Shown in pieces: positions 13,601 through 27,600 of a DNA stretch of 64,000 nt. The first letter of the stretch is position 1, and each line of letters begins with the position of its first letter. The translations under genes were made by a program, and so were the position numbers. Under the pieces are notes generated by a model. The model saw only the letters and a program-made list of their open reading frames with translations, had not been told where the DNA came from and did not search any database. The DNA is from Camelus ferus (lineage: Eukaryota), in the NCBI RefSeq assembly GCF_009834535.1, contig NC_045697.1, forward strand, positions 110,858,001 through 110,922,000, in the 5' to 3' direction.

Positions 13601-14880
13601 AACCCAATAAAAAAAGTGAGCAGAAGACCAATGTAGACATCTCTCCAAAGAAGTCATCCAGATGGCCAACAAGCACGTGAAAAGATGCTCAACATCACTA
13701 ACTGTTAGAGAAATACAAATCAAAACTACAATGAGATATCACCTCACACCAGTCTGAATGGCCTTCTTAAAAAGTCCACAAACAATAAATGCTGCAGAGG
13801 GTGTGGAGAAAAAGGAACCCTCCTATACTGTTGATAGGAATGTAAACTGGTTACAGCCATTATGGAGAACAGTATGGAGATTCCTTTAAAAACTAGTGAG
13901 AGTTACCATATGATCCAGCAATCCCAATCCTGGACATATGTCTGGAGGAAAATGTAATTTAAAAAGACACATGCACCCCAATGTTCACAGCAGCACTATT
14001 TACAATAGCCAAGACATGGAAACAACCCAAATGTCCATCAACAACTGACTGGATAAAGAAGATGTGACACTGGCATATACATACACATATACATATGCAT
14101 ATGTATAATGTAATACTAGTCAGCCATAAAAAAGAATAAAGTAATACATTTGCAACAGCATGAATGGACCTGGAGATTGTCATTCCAAGTGAAGTTAGTC
14201 AGAAAGAGAAAAAAAAATGTCATTTGATAATGCTTATATGTGGAATCTGAAAAAGGGGACACACATGAACTTACCTATAAAAGAGAAACAGACTCACAGA
14301 CATAGATAACAAACTTATGGTTACCAGGGGTTAAAGGGGATGCAAAGGGATCAATCAGGAATTCTAAATCTGCACCTCTTGGGGAGTGATGGAAATGTTA
14401 GCTATCTTTATTGTGGCGGTGGTTTCATTGGTGTACACATCTATCAAAATTCTTCAAATTAAACATCTGAAATATGTGTAGTTTACTGTACAGGAATCAT
14501 ACCACAATACAGATGTTAAAAAAAAAAGAAAGAAAGAAAGAAAAGAAATGAGGACTGTTTAAGAGACCTTTCGGACATCATCAAGTACACTCTTTTTCAC
14601 ACTATAGGGGTCCCAGAAGGAAAAGAGAAAGAGAAAGGTGCTAATAATATATTTGAAGACATCATAGCTGAAAACTTTCCTAACCTGGGAAAGGAAACAG
14701 TCATCCAAGTCCAGAAAGAGCAGAGAGATCTATATAAGATTAACCCAGAGAGGAACACACTGACACATTGTGATTAAATTGACAAAAAGATAAAGAGAAA
14801 ATATTAAACGCAGCAAGGGAAAAGTAATGAATAACATACAAGGGACCTCCCATAAGGCTATGAGCTGATTTTTCAGCAGA
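7615..14880 (+). mobile_element. Older L1 (5' UTR plus partial ORF1, 7615-8949 and 14560-14880) interrupted by a younger L1; no ORF2 of its own
   Basis: L1 5' start gg..ccaaaatggttgagtagaaagaccctaagctcac. ORF1 remnant continues colinearly across the insert (aaatgaggactgtt|taagagacctt...). Confidence 0.85.
8950..14540 (+). mobile_element. Near full-length LINE-1, about 5.6 kb, inactive: 5' UTR, ORF1 remnant (to ~10370), disrupted ORF2 (10461 to ~14250), 3' end and A/GAAA tail
   Basis: ORF fragments 9866, 10608, 11077, 11663 and 12245 give ORF1p and endonuclease/RT motifs (NIYAPN, SDHN, RQGC, LFPDD for FADD). 19-bp TSD AAAAGAAATGAGGACTGTT at 8931-8949 and 14541-14559. Confidence 0.96.
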
Positions 14881-14885
14881 AGAAT

Positions 14886-14925
14886 CTTCCAGGTAATTCT
14901 GATGCATGCTAATACTCAGAAAGCC
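14886..14925. mobile_element. MER5A terminal fragment
   Basis: ccaggtaattctgatgcatgctaa resembles MER5A ccaggtgattctgatgcacgctaa. Confidence 0.45.
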
Positions 14926-15254
14926 TAACGTAGACTGTGACTACTTCTACAAAGATCACAAAGTCAAGTACTGAAAACAAAGATCAATAGTTGCATTAAA
15001 GCCTTCATTTTCCTTCTAAAAATTACCTTCTTACGATACTAGCAGGTATGACCACTGTTGAACTGACTGTCCTAGTCCTCAAGTGCAATATTTGCCTATA
15101 ATTTGTGAAGAAACAGACTGTCCTAGAGTTGGAAAGGATGCTCAGAAAGCTGAATGGTATATAACTGAGAACAAATAAATTACTGCCATTCTTCAAATTG
15201 AGATATATTAGGAGTTCTATTTCCCCTTGGTATAGAAAGCTGAGACTAGTGTTG

Positions 15255-17750
15255 CTAGCAAGAAAACCTAGCAAGAAAACCCATGTAAACTAAAAAATAA
15301 AAATCACAACTTTGCTGGACACATCAAAGAGCTGAAGTCACTAGTCAACCAAGTAGTAGCAACTCGACTGACTCTCAGGCACAACCAAAGAGAGAGGAGA
15401 CACGAGCACCTGCTCACCCACGACCAACTACAGTTAGAAGGGATGCTGGGTGCCATACAACTAGGTAAGATGCATTCAGCTACAACTGTAATGTCCTGGT
15501 GCAGGTCAGGTGTGGACTAAGGTAAGAGCTGAGAGCTGTAGACACAGGAGTCAGCACCTGCTTGCAGGCTCTTCTCTGTGGATCACAATCTCCTCCTCAT
15601 GAGAAAGACGGCGGGAAGAGCAGGAGATGGGTAAGTGCCTTCCTTGGTACTGCAGGCTTGGAGGGGGAAGTGGTCACTGCCGGGAGAAAAGCATGAGGCC
15701 CTGCTGCACCCCTTCTCTGGAAAACAAAGCCTTAAGTCTCAAAGGGAGAAGCAGAAAACTGTGTCACCACCAGGGCACACGTACAGACACACTGTAGCCC
15801 AAGAAAGCTTAAATGAATAAACAAACAGAGAACACTTCCATCCCTGGGGAAGTCTTGGACCCAGGAGTCTACACCAATAACATTAGAGACCTGCTACAAC
15901 TGGGAGAGGGAAAAGAAATTCTCCCATCGAAGACCAAACAGAGATATAAGATGGAGTCTGGCTTCCAGGAAGAGAAGAGGCAGGACCACTGAGAAAGGCC
16001 ATCTCTAAGACCTAAAAACACAGATCCCATCTAAATGGAGTCTGTTCTAAAGCAGTAGAGAACCCCTTGCACTCACCACCAGACCACTAAGCACCAAGCA
16101 ACATGTAACTGCAGTCTGCCACGGTTGAGGGAAAAAAGTGCGGGGAGGGATACAATTTGTGGTAGAGATGAATGGGGAAGCTAAAGATGAAGGAGAAACA
16201 TTGAGAAAATGCATCTGAAATCCCAGCTTCCAATTTAAGAAAAAGGAATTCAAAGCCGATGGTTCACTGAAGGTAATCATAGGAACAAGACAACCCAAAC
16301 TCAGCTAGTTACTGACTACATTCACTCAACAACATCCCCTCCCACATACACACATTCACCAACAGCCTAACAGAAGAGGTGTGTCCACTTCCGGACATGA
16401 AGTCTCTACTATTAGATACATAAAGTCTGATGTTTAATCAAAAATTACATGAAACACAAAAAGGCAAGGAAAAAAAGCAGAATGTTAAGAGAAAATAATC
16501 AATAGAACAGACTCAAACATGACCCTCATGTTTAATCTACCAAATGGAATGTAAAGTAACTAGGATTAATATGCTAGACATTCTAGCAGAGAACACATAA
16601 GAATAGATGAGAAATTTCAGCAGAGAAATGATGTTATGAACTGAACTGTGCCCTCTCGCCAAATTCATACATCAAAGCCCTAATCTCAATGTGATGTACC
16701 TGGAGACAGTGGCTGTATTTGATTACCTTTAGGGAGGTAATGAAAGTTAAATGAGGTCATAAGCATGAACCCCTAATCCCACAGGCTAATGTTATTATAA
16801 GAAGACGAAGAGACACCAGAGTTCCTTCGTTTGCTCTCTCCATGTACACACAAAAGAAAGGAACAGTGATAAAGCTGCCATCTACAAGTCAGGAAAAGAG
16901 GCCTCACCAGATACCAACCCTGAAAGCACCTTGATTGTGAATGTCTAGGCTCCAGACTTACGAAAAAATAATTTTTTCTTGTTTTAGCCACTCAACCTGC
17001 GGTATTTTGTTATGGCAACCTGAACAAACTAATATACAGGGGAACTATAATAATAAATCAATGGAACTTCAGAAATTAAAAAAAAAAATGACAAGAGAGA
17101 TATAGTACACCTTTGACAAGCTCATCAGTGGACTCAAGTCAGCTGAAGAGAAAATCATTGAACTTGAAGACAGGTCCATAGAAATTATCCAAACTTAAAC
17201 TCAAAAAGAATGACCAAAAAACCAAAGAATTCAAGAGTTTAGGATAGGATGAAACAATTTCACATATGTGTAATTTGAATCCCAGAAAAAGAGAAACAAT
17301 AATTAAGAATAATTTTGAAAAGAATGGTCAAGAATTTTTGAAAGTTCATTTCAGACATTACAATACAGATGCAAGAAATTCAGAGATTTCTCAGAGGGAT
17401 AAATTACTAAATATACAAACAGACAGACATACACCTGGATACATTATATTCAGACTGCTGATTTAGAAAATGTTGAAGGCAGCCATCAAAGAATCATTAC
17501 TTCCACAGCAATAAAATTAAGATTTACCACAGAGTCACTAAAAACCTTGAAGGACAGATAATGGAGTCAGGCATTTAAAATGCAGATAGGGAAATAAAAT
17601 TGCCATCTTAGAATTTTATACCCAGTGAAAATATCTTTAAAAAGTGAAACTGCACAGGTACACTACACTCTACACAAATCATAAAAGGAAATTCTTCAAG
17701 GAGACCAGATGTACCAGACAGAACTGGGATCTACACACAAAAAAAGTCTT
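15255..17750 (+). mobile_element. Old L1M (L1MC/MD-type) 5' region and ORF1 remnant, interrupted by an MLT1 LTR
   Basis: ORF1-like segments: agaaatttcagcagagaaatg, ctcatcagtggactc...attgaacttgaagacaggtccatagaaattatccaaact, agaattttatacccagtgaaaatatcttt. Confidence 0.7.
16632..17038 (+). mobile_element. MLT1A/B-like MaLR solo LTR
   Basis: tgttatgaactgaa...aaattcatacatcaaagccctaa...ggtattttgttatggcaacctgaacaaactaata. Confidence 0.9.
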
Positions 17751-18999
17751 CAGGAAAATCTGTTTTCCCAACACCCTTAGCTACTGCACTGCTGAAAAAA
17801 AAGGCAGCCTCTGTATCTCAGCCCATAAGCTTCCGAGAGTGGTCTCAATCAGGATCTTGAACAGGACTGGAAAGTAATCAGGTTCCTACAGTGTTGTCTC
17901 AGCACCTAGAATCCTTCTGAGAGTGGCTGAAATGAACTGACATCTCTATTTGGAAAGTCATTTACTGATATCTTACAAGTATGATTGGACGGAACTCCAT
18001 AATAGGAAAGTGATGTCTCAGTGACAGTCTCCAATATTATTATTATGATGTTGCATGTGAATAAGACATATTTATTGGCCAAAATAAATTCACTGAAGGA
18101 AAGGGTTCAAACAGAATTTTAAAATTAACTTTATGGCTGGACTGGTCTAGTTAGGACTGGTAACCTCACTCTCAGGACAATTTCTTTTCCTTTATAGTAA
18201 AGGACCATAATGGTTCTCGCTAACCTATCCTGAGACGTGCTAGTTGACATTCCCTCCTGCTTTTGACAAGAGCATGTTGCAGAAAGTTCTTAAAATGTCT
18301 ATATTCCCATGTGTCTGTTTGTTTAAGTTACGCTCTTTAAGTATTCTGTAGCTTATAATGAAATTTCGTATATACTATCTGCTTATTAGCAGGAATGTGC
18401 AAGACTCAAAGACTACGGGAGTGAAGACCAACACTACATTCATATTTGAATTTGGGAGAAATTGAAAGATATCACTATTCATCTAAAGAAGGCAATTATA
18501 GTATGCAAAAGTAGTATTCCATAAACCACAAGACAAAATTATTTTTATTATAAAAAAGAACATATGTTTTGCACATGAAGCATGAGAATGGACACAACCA
18601 GTGGAATTTACTATGCTGGGTTGAAGTGAATACTTACTGCTTTCTTGATGAATTTCTGAGACTTTCATTCCTTTGTTTATACCTTCATTTGGAAACGTTA
18701 TTTACAACACACTGGTAAGTAGAGCCTATGGTTGTGCAGTGATTTTGGTGATGCCTTTTAGAGCATCCCATCCAGCATAAGAGCACTGTAAGAGTGCCAT
18801 GAGGCCACCAGTGCTATCACCTTGATTTAGGAAATCAGGGATTTATTTGCTATTAGTAGGAAAACAGAGAAAGAAAGTCTCTTCTATCTGCCTACTAATT
18901 CAATTCAATTCAACAGATACTCATTTTATTTCCACGGTACTAGCTGTGCAAGACATGGGCAGGCATTTTCACAGAAAAAAGAATATCGTGCTCACTTAC

Positions 19000-19127
19000 T
19001 AATTTGACCCGATGACCAGGAGTGGCACTGATCTCCCACGTGCACTCCTTCCTGCTTGGGTACTTGTCCGGCCAGTTGGGACTAGTGATGAAGCCACTCG
19101 GACTGTGGATCTTCTGTTCGCACTCAG
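19000..19127 (-). CDS. TLL1: TLL1 exon 18, 128 bp, CUB4 first part: (A)[42 protein letters not shown]
   Basis: Manual translation. Acceptor ggcacAG, donor TTA|GTAAGT. Phase 1 to 0. Confidence 0.96.
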
Positions 19128-19296
19128 CTGTGCCAATGACGGTAATATCAGTTAGTGTGGAAATCTAGCCCAGGGTTGGGCCGGCAAGGAAGCAGCCTAT
19201 TTATCCACTATCCTGCTGAAAGAGTTTCCTGAATAACCAATCATCACTCTAGTCTCCATGATCATATTCATCTGCTTTGGCAAACAGGTTTCAGTG

Positions 19297-19328
19297 CATA
19301 ATCATAATCATAATCATAATCATAATCA
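19297..19328 (+). repeat. (CATAAT)5 microsatellite
   Basis: Perfect hexamer tandem repeat seen directly. Confidence 0.9.
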
Positions 19329-21413
19329 GGCAATGTTTGTTTTCTGGTTCACATGAAATTAAGTGTTTACAATGAATTAGATAAATGCCTACAAGAAAAT
19401 GAACTATTTTTAACTGCTGGATCTGTAAGCTCAAATTTTAAAGGAGAAACATCAAAAATCAAGGCTATCAACCCTTGGTATGTGCAAAACATTTAATGGT
19501 AATGTCACAACAAAAATCAATGGACTATGCCATTTTCAATTCTTTTTTTTTTCCTATTAACAGAAACATCATTTATAGCTAATTAGAATCATTAAGCCAC
19601 TTTATGAAACATGTCTTTTCATTTACTCTCTCCCTTTGTTAAAGTATATACTTGAATATCTAAAGCATAATTTTAGCTGCTAAAGTAAATTCTGTAATTT
19701 CATGAAAGTGCAGTGAAGCACGAAGGGGAAAAAAATTAGTGAACAGCTACTATCTTCTGAATTAATTTCAAAGAGTGTCTCATTCAATGAATGTGAAATT
19801 TCTTTTAGGTTTTTCACAATTTAAATAACTTCATCTTGGAGGGTCCATTCCATATATTAAACTTCAAAAGCATGTAATATCTTCAGATTTTCTATATTCT
19901 ATACATATATATTCTATATATATTTCCATATAATTTATGAAGCATCACTCTGCACATCCTGGTTTAGACTGGGAATTCTTTGTTTTGCATTGTGTATCCC
20001 ATTCTAAAATGCAATTAATTCTCTGAAATTTTGCAGCAATACAGTAGCCTTAAAGTTTGGCTACTGTCTTGACAAGGGTTTTCTAAATTCCATTATCCCT
20101 GTCCTTGCCTTGTCTATATGAAATGCGGAGTCTCCCAGATCTGGCCTAGACAAAGCCAAGGGGCTCACCACTAAACTGTAGAAGGCGCCTATACTACAGC
20201 AGAGGTGAAAGAAAATCCAGCCCCTTTACTGGCAGTAAAAATAAATTTTATTAGGGGTGCCTGAATGTAGCTCTATTTAAAAGGAAATCTATGAGATCCT
20301 TTCTTGAAAATATTTGCTGTGATGAACAGAGGCTGGATATCTAAATTTATTTGCTACGTGTGAGTCATAGGCTATATGCATACTCTGCAAAAGCTGTCTC
20401 ATTTTTTTTCTTCTGAATTACCTTCCATACCTCAAAATATCTGGGCCTATTCCCCAGACTGTTGATTTAACAGAATACCTTACGAAGAATCCTCATTGGT
20501 TTATACTCATATATGAAAGTAAAAAGAGAAAAAACCTTCTTGTATATGATTCTGGGCGATGTCATTAACTCAATGAAAAAAAAGAGAGAAAAAAAAAAAA
20601 ACCCCCAACATGCGACCATATTGGAATGGAACTGAATGGAGCAGGGGTCAATTCAGGGTGTCTGTACTACTGGGATGTGCGTACAAAGAGTCAGTGACCC
20701 ATCTGTGGTTCCAGTCTACTCTACTCGTGCTAGTGACTAGTTATAAAATCTGCCTGAGTAATACATCCAAGCTAAATAGAAAATTCAGGAGCAGACCCAC
20801 AAGGGAGGAAATAAGTCCTGAATATATATTTCTTGTTCCATGTATTATGGGCAGAAAGTAAGATAATTGTCTTTATAAAACCTTGGAATATTATAAAGCG
20901 TTGGGACCCCAAACTGGTAGGCTACTGTTGTGCTATTAGGTGCTTGTTTGTGTGTGTGGGCCCGAGTCGGGGGCAGGGGGAGGCAGGGGGAGGCAGGGTA
21001 AAACCAGGACTTAAAATTTTAAATGGCACAGCATCTACCATTTTCAAATGTCTTTCTTCTGGTAGGCATTTGAGTTTGATACTCCTGGTATTTAAAGTGA
21101 CATCACTCATGTAACACATATATGAGATATTTTGGGGAGGAAAATTAAACCAAAGGCAAAACATTCAGCAGAAGTTAAGTTTAAATATGGAGATAATTAT
21201 CAGGTTGGGCAATGAAGATGGAGGCATGATGCTTTTCTGGCTGGCAGATGGCATCGCAGCAGCTTCTACGTCTGTTATACAAAGTTATTCTAATACCACA
21301 TGTGCAGGAAGTGCAGCACCTTTAGGTAATATGAGATTTCCAATAGTATACCTTGGGCCTTTGCACACTGCATGATTTTTCTTTTGATATTTCAACCGTC
21401 AACAATGATATCA

Positions 21414-21671
<258 letters not shown>

Positions 21672-24600
21672 TTAAAAACAAAGGATGTCAAAGGAGACTC
21701 ATTTAGTTTTGGTTAACACTGGCAAAGGGTAAGCTTAGTCACAGCTTTCCCTTTTCCAAAATAAAACACCCCACCCCCCAAAATAAGTATCGTGTCTTAG
21801 TTCTACCCACTCCTTGTTTAGCTTGGAGCCTTGTGCCATGAATTGATTTTCCAAGATCATTTGCACTAGGATGACGGCATGTAGTCTTCACTCCTATGCT
21901 GGAAAAGTTTTGAGTAGGACAGAGGAAATGAAAGAATATTTTCCCAAATACTTCTAACCACTTATTGCCAATTTTTAAAAATAAATTAAAAATTGTGAGT
22001 AGTTTGAATAAACACAAGAAACGGCATTTAAGTGGAGGGAAATCTTTCACTATATTAACCATGGCATATAGACAGACACCAAACAAGGTTCCAAGATCTG
22101 TGTGTAACCACTTTTAAAAAAATCACTCAGTATGAATACTGTAGTTGATTTTTTCATTAACTTTGCATTTATGCTTAGCATTAATGAATCTGGGCATTTT
22201 ATAATATACCAAGACAGAAAAAGGCATCATTAGACTATCCTAAAGAAGAAACCTAATTTATATATTTTAAACTAATCTACTCCAGCAGTTTATTAATAAG
22301 TAATTCCCTAAAAGAGCTTTTAGTGTGCTAGCAGTAAAAGTTAGAATAGGATATAAGAGCTTTAAGAAATAGCCAACAAATTTACTGCAGGGAAAAAAAA
22401 GCCCCACTATATTAGCAGGCAGTCAATCAGTGAGAGACGTCAGTCACCATATTATGTCACTCAACTGTCATTCCATGACTGGCTTGTCCATTAAAGTTGA
22501 ATCTGACCTCTGCTCCTGACACAGACATATGATGACACATCACTCAGACCTTCATCACTCCCACAGCACAGAGAACAAAAAGGACACATGGCAGTCACAT
22601 CAGAGGTTAGGCTGAATTCAAAATTTACAGTCAACTGATTTTTCTAGCTAGAATTTGTGAGCTCATGGTGGGACACAAATAGCAAATTCTATTTTTGCTT
22701 TTTTGGTAAATCAATATTCCCTCTATGGAGATAAGTTTAAGAAAGACATTTTTTTTTTTAAATCCAAGAATCTGATAGGAATTTTAAAGGATGCAAGTGT
22801 TTTTCCCATTTTGGAGACATAACATGACAGAGCACATAATTCTTCTGGAATATATTCATGCACTGGCAATATCAAAATATTGCAAATATGTACAGGCAGT
22901 CCCAAAGCTCTAAAGAACATATCAGCATCAATATATTTGCGATTGGTTTGTTCTCACCTGCCCTCAACACTTCCATCACATTCTTAATACTTAATATGGA
23001 GACTAAACAAAACAAACAAACCAAAAACCAAAAAAAAAAAAAAAACCAAAAAATAAAAACAAAACAAGCATAGATAAAAGAAAATTATTTTATAGAGAAT
23101 TTTAAATTAATTTTAGAGAAATTTATAGTAATTAGGAAGTCTCATTACCATAAATGTATCAACAGTGAAAATTACAGATGATGAGCTGTGAATGACTTTT
23201 GCAGAATGGGTGATTGATGAACACCACTTCCTACTACCATGCTGTCAGCTACTTCCATTTCCTAATTCAGACAGTCAAGCAGTACATGATTCAAATGTAT
23301 TATTTCATTGCACCTTTCCAGAGGCTCTTTACTTAATATGCTTTGGAAACATACTTCCTCATGAGTTGATATAGAAATATTCTTCATCATTATTAAATGA
23401 AAGAGCCAATTAAAAAATTTCTGGTGCTAGAATTTCTTACCCCAAAATAGACACATATTTCTATGCAAATGTTTATATAATGATTGTTTGGTGAACTCAA
23501 AACCTGATATAGTGAACTTTGGTTGTACTATAGGTCAACCAGATATCTGAGAACTGGTTGGAAATCTAAGAATTGTAAGCAAACTAGTTTAGAGAAGGTG
23601 AGTTCACATTTGCTGTGAACTAATAAACAGGTTGCTCAGTGACAGACCTATCAGGGCAGTGAATGTCTGAGTCACCCTTTTGTTTGGATCTGTTTACACT
23701 GCTGTACATGAGCGCTATAAAAACGTTAAAGAAAAACATGAACATAAGTTAATATTGCTGATTTTTAAAATCCGTAATCATTTTATAATGCAAATTCCAA
23801 AACCTAAAATATTTCTAACATTTAAACTTCATTTTAGCAGAAATCTCAAGTTACCAGGTTATGTTTCTAAGAATAATTATTTTCTTTGGATTTGATAGAA
23901 CATAATCTGACTAGTGGTAACGGTAAATAAAGTGAAATAAAGTTGAAAATGAAGCCATTCATACTTGAATAGTAGTTTTTTTGTAGCCAATTATTCATCC
24001 TTCTATTGTGCTGGAAAAATAATACTTTAAAAATAATTTTTAGAGGAAGAACAAGAAAATGAGGAGGAGGAGGAGAAGGAAGATTTTTATATAGTCATTA
24101 TTGTCTAAGAATCTATTATTTTTCAGTTTCACAGTTGATTAATGTTTCCTGTCTTCATTCCTACATCTAACATTACCTAATATAATCAATGTCAAATGAA
24201 AATTGAGAATTATTAAATACACTGCTAGACTATATGCATAGGCTAATTGAAAGCTTAGCTAAAATTCAAAATTGGACAAGTCAAAACAGTAACTAGAAGC
24301 AGAAAAGTCATCATGCCCAGGAAAGTAGCAAGTAAAACTGTGCCTGCATGTGCCAAGTAGTCAATATGAAAAGAGAAAATTTCAGTAAACATTGAAATAC
24401 TTGAAATTATGCAGACTTTTTACATCATGCAGACAAAGAAAGCTATTTATTTAACTTAATATTTTAAGTTGTCTAGGGAGTAGTGAATACAGTGTAGTTA
24501 TTTTAAAATACATGCTTGGATAAAGGTAAAAAAAAAACTATTCTAATTAAAGTGAATGCAATTTCAGATTATCTATGTTGATGAGAAATAGCAAGATCGT

Positions 24601-27600
24601 AAAAGACGAATTCCACAAATATATTCTGGACTTGTTATTATGAAAGGTCATCACACTTGGGAAAAAATTATAGCAAACATGATTGCTTTCACTTTCTTTC
24701 CTTTTCTCCTCTTAGGACACGAACTACAAATATTTTGAACAATGAAAATCCAAAGAAAGAGAGAAGGAAGGAGGATGAAGAGTTACAAAATTTTCTCAGA
24801 ATGTCTGCATAAATAATTCAACAATTGAGAATTCTATCAATGATTTATTTGAAATTTTCTAGCATTTTCATACTGTGGGCATGGATTTTTAAAAACAGAT
24901 TTTGTTAGTAAGAGAAACAAATGTTTTATTGAGTAGAAATAAAAACATTTAATTTTTGCAGATGGAAATTAGCCTCCTTCTTTGGAATGGGCATATCTGA
25001 TTTCCATTCCTTCATGTGAGATGAAGGAAAGGTCCATTATTAGGGGAAAAGGAGGTGGCATTTTCCCATCAGAGGCCTGCAGAGGATCTCTGAGGCTATC
25101 AGAGGCCATCAGTCTATGAATAATACATACTGGACAGAACTGAAGTGGCAACCTGTATCAAGTTCTTGCAAGATTCAAAAATAAAAATTTTCTCTTTGCA
25201 GTAAGCTTCCTTGTCTGTAGGAAAAAGAAGTAAAGGTTCCACGCACCGGAACAGAAACATTTATGAACAGACATACATACAATAAATGCTCAAATATAAA
25301 ATAAACAGACCACGCACCGCCATGCACACACACATACGCCCCATGCATGTGAGCACGCATACAAGGTTTCAACCCAAAACTGTTGAAAAAATAATCACCT
25401 TCCAAAGGGCGCTGATAAGCTCTACTGAATGTTATGACACAGACAATTTGCTCTTTCCAAAATATGCAAATATTTAAATATCATTAATCATGAAACTTGG
25501 AATAGGATTCAGAATCATAGGACAGTTTTAATTGTGTTACTGTTTGAAATTAATCACACTAATATTTAAAGTTTTGTTAAAATAATATCAAGTTGAGCTA
25601 AAAACATCCATGACCATTCCATGAGAGAAATGGCGTACAGGGCGAGCAACGTAAGAAATGTCTGTAAATAATGAAAGGTGGGTAAGACGAGGAGGAGGTC
25701 AGCTGAAACCACCTGAATTTCAAGGTAAAAAAACTGCACAAATGATTTTACCTGACTTCTGTATTTGTTACAGACAGAAATTAACTGGGAGTCAAGAAAT
25801 CTGGGTTTTACTGCATTTCTGTGACTGTACCAGTCCCTGGGTCCATCAGGGAACGATTACATTACCGTTAAGTCACCCGTGAGGGAGACTGTCATTAAAG
25901 AGGTTTATCCTTCAAATCCTCTTTTCTGGCAACTGCAGAAGTCATCACTGAGGCCACCACCATGGGGCTGCCTCAAGGTGGACCGTCTATGCACAGTTCT
26001 CACTGCCTGAAGTCATCTGTCACATTATTCCCAAATAATGAACACTGCTAGTTCGACTGTTCCACGCACTGTCAAGTTTCCCAAATGCTAGCTGGTTTTA
26101 CATATGTAAAATCCTACTAGTATTTCCTTTAAGTTTAATCCATTTTAAGAAAAATAAGTTTGTTCTGAGTAGAATACAGTTAACTTTGTTTAATCACTTA
26201 AAATTAGTAAACTATATCATGTTTACCTGTGAAGATTTGCATACTTCTGTTCAAATACAACATCATATAAAATGAAGTTTGGCTTGACTATCATATAAAG
26301 TAATTATTGTTAATCTAAAAACTAACTTCCTTCAGTCAAAGAAAATAACAGTAATATATTGTTGGACCACATATCTTTTAGAATATGCTATGCCATTATG
26401 TTCTAAATTACCTAGTAAGTTTGACACATAATTTTGTATCATGTCCAAATAGCTTTACTTTGATGTCTTAATTTCCTTATTTGCTTTGATATTATTTCAT
26501 TATACTACATGATGCTGACTCGTGTAGAGGAGCTGTGGATTTTCTGCTGTATAAACCAATAACTTCTAGATTTTAAGCTATAGCACTTTTCATGGTCAAT
26601 TTAAGACATTAAATAAGAATTTATATATGATATTTTCATACTTTGATGAACATGGAAGTGACAGAAATTGATATTAATTATTCTCCTAATAAGTTCTGAG
26701 AGTCATTCTTCCAATTCCTTTTCTTAGGTCTATAAAGTACTTATTTAAATTCAGAGGCTATGTGCAAAAGTAATTAAAATCTCAATATGATTATTTCATT
26801 ATGTAATTATATTTTTAAAAATAATGCTATTGCTTGTTTCACTGTATTCATTAAAAACCTAAATATATTTCCTTGTTTTTTTTCCTTCCTTGATGCATCA
26901 CTTAACTGCAAGAAATCTAGAATTTATTTTTAGGTAGTTTTCCTTTCCAAGTAATATGGAATCATCGAAAATAAATACTGTTTTTTTTTAATTGAATTCC
27001 TTGATAATAGTTCTTGGAAGAAGTATGTAGAAAAATAGTTAAATGTTATTTTTCTCGTTATGTTTTCATATATTCAAAACCACTTCTAAAATTTTTAGAA
27101 CACTGGTTGCAAACAAAGCCACTTAAGAGTAAGTCTCATAAAATATTTCTGGATTACCACACACAATCTAGCAAACATTTGCCAAATTTTCTGTAAGATA
27201 TTATAAACTAACTATAAAAATAAAAATTATAAAATTTAACTCAATTCAAAACACTTGTATTAATATTTATTAACTAATTAATAAATAGATAAATTTAAAA
27301 ATTTCTTCATTCTCAGAGATCAAAGTCTATTAGGTAATGTTTTCAAATCTAGAAAATATTTGGGGTAACAGGTAGAAATATGATACGTTTTTCTTCTAAA
27401 GCTATTTTTATATTTAAGTTAGATGAAAACTGAGAAAATTGGAGAAAAACTACACTGCACTCTCTTTCCACCTTAACACAACATTCTTGGTATTTTTATA
27501 TAGCCACTTTCAGATTTGTCCCACCCACATGCTTAGCTGAATGCACAGATAACTTTATACCTGGATTTTCATTAATATTTTACCATATACTACATTTTTA

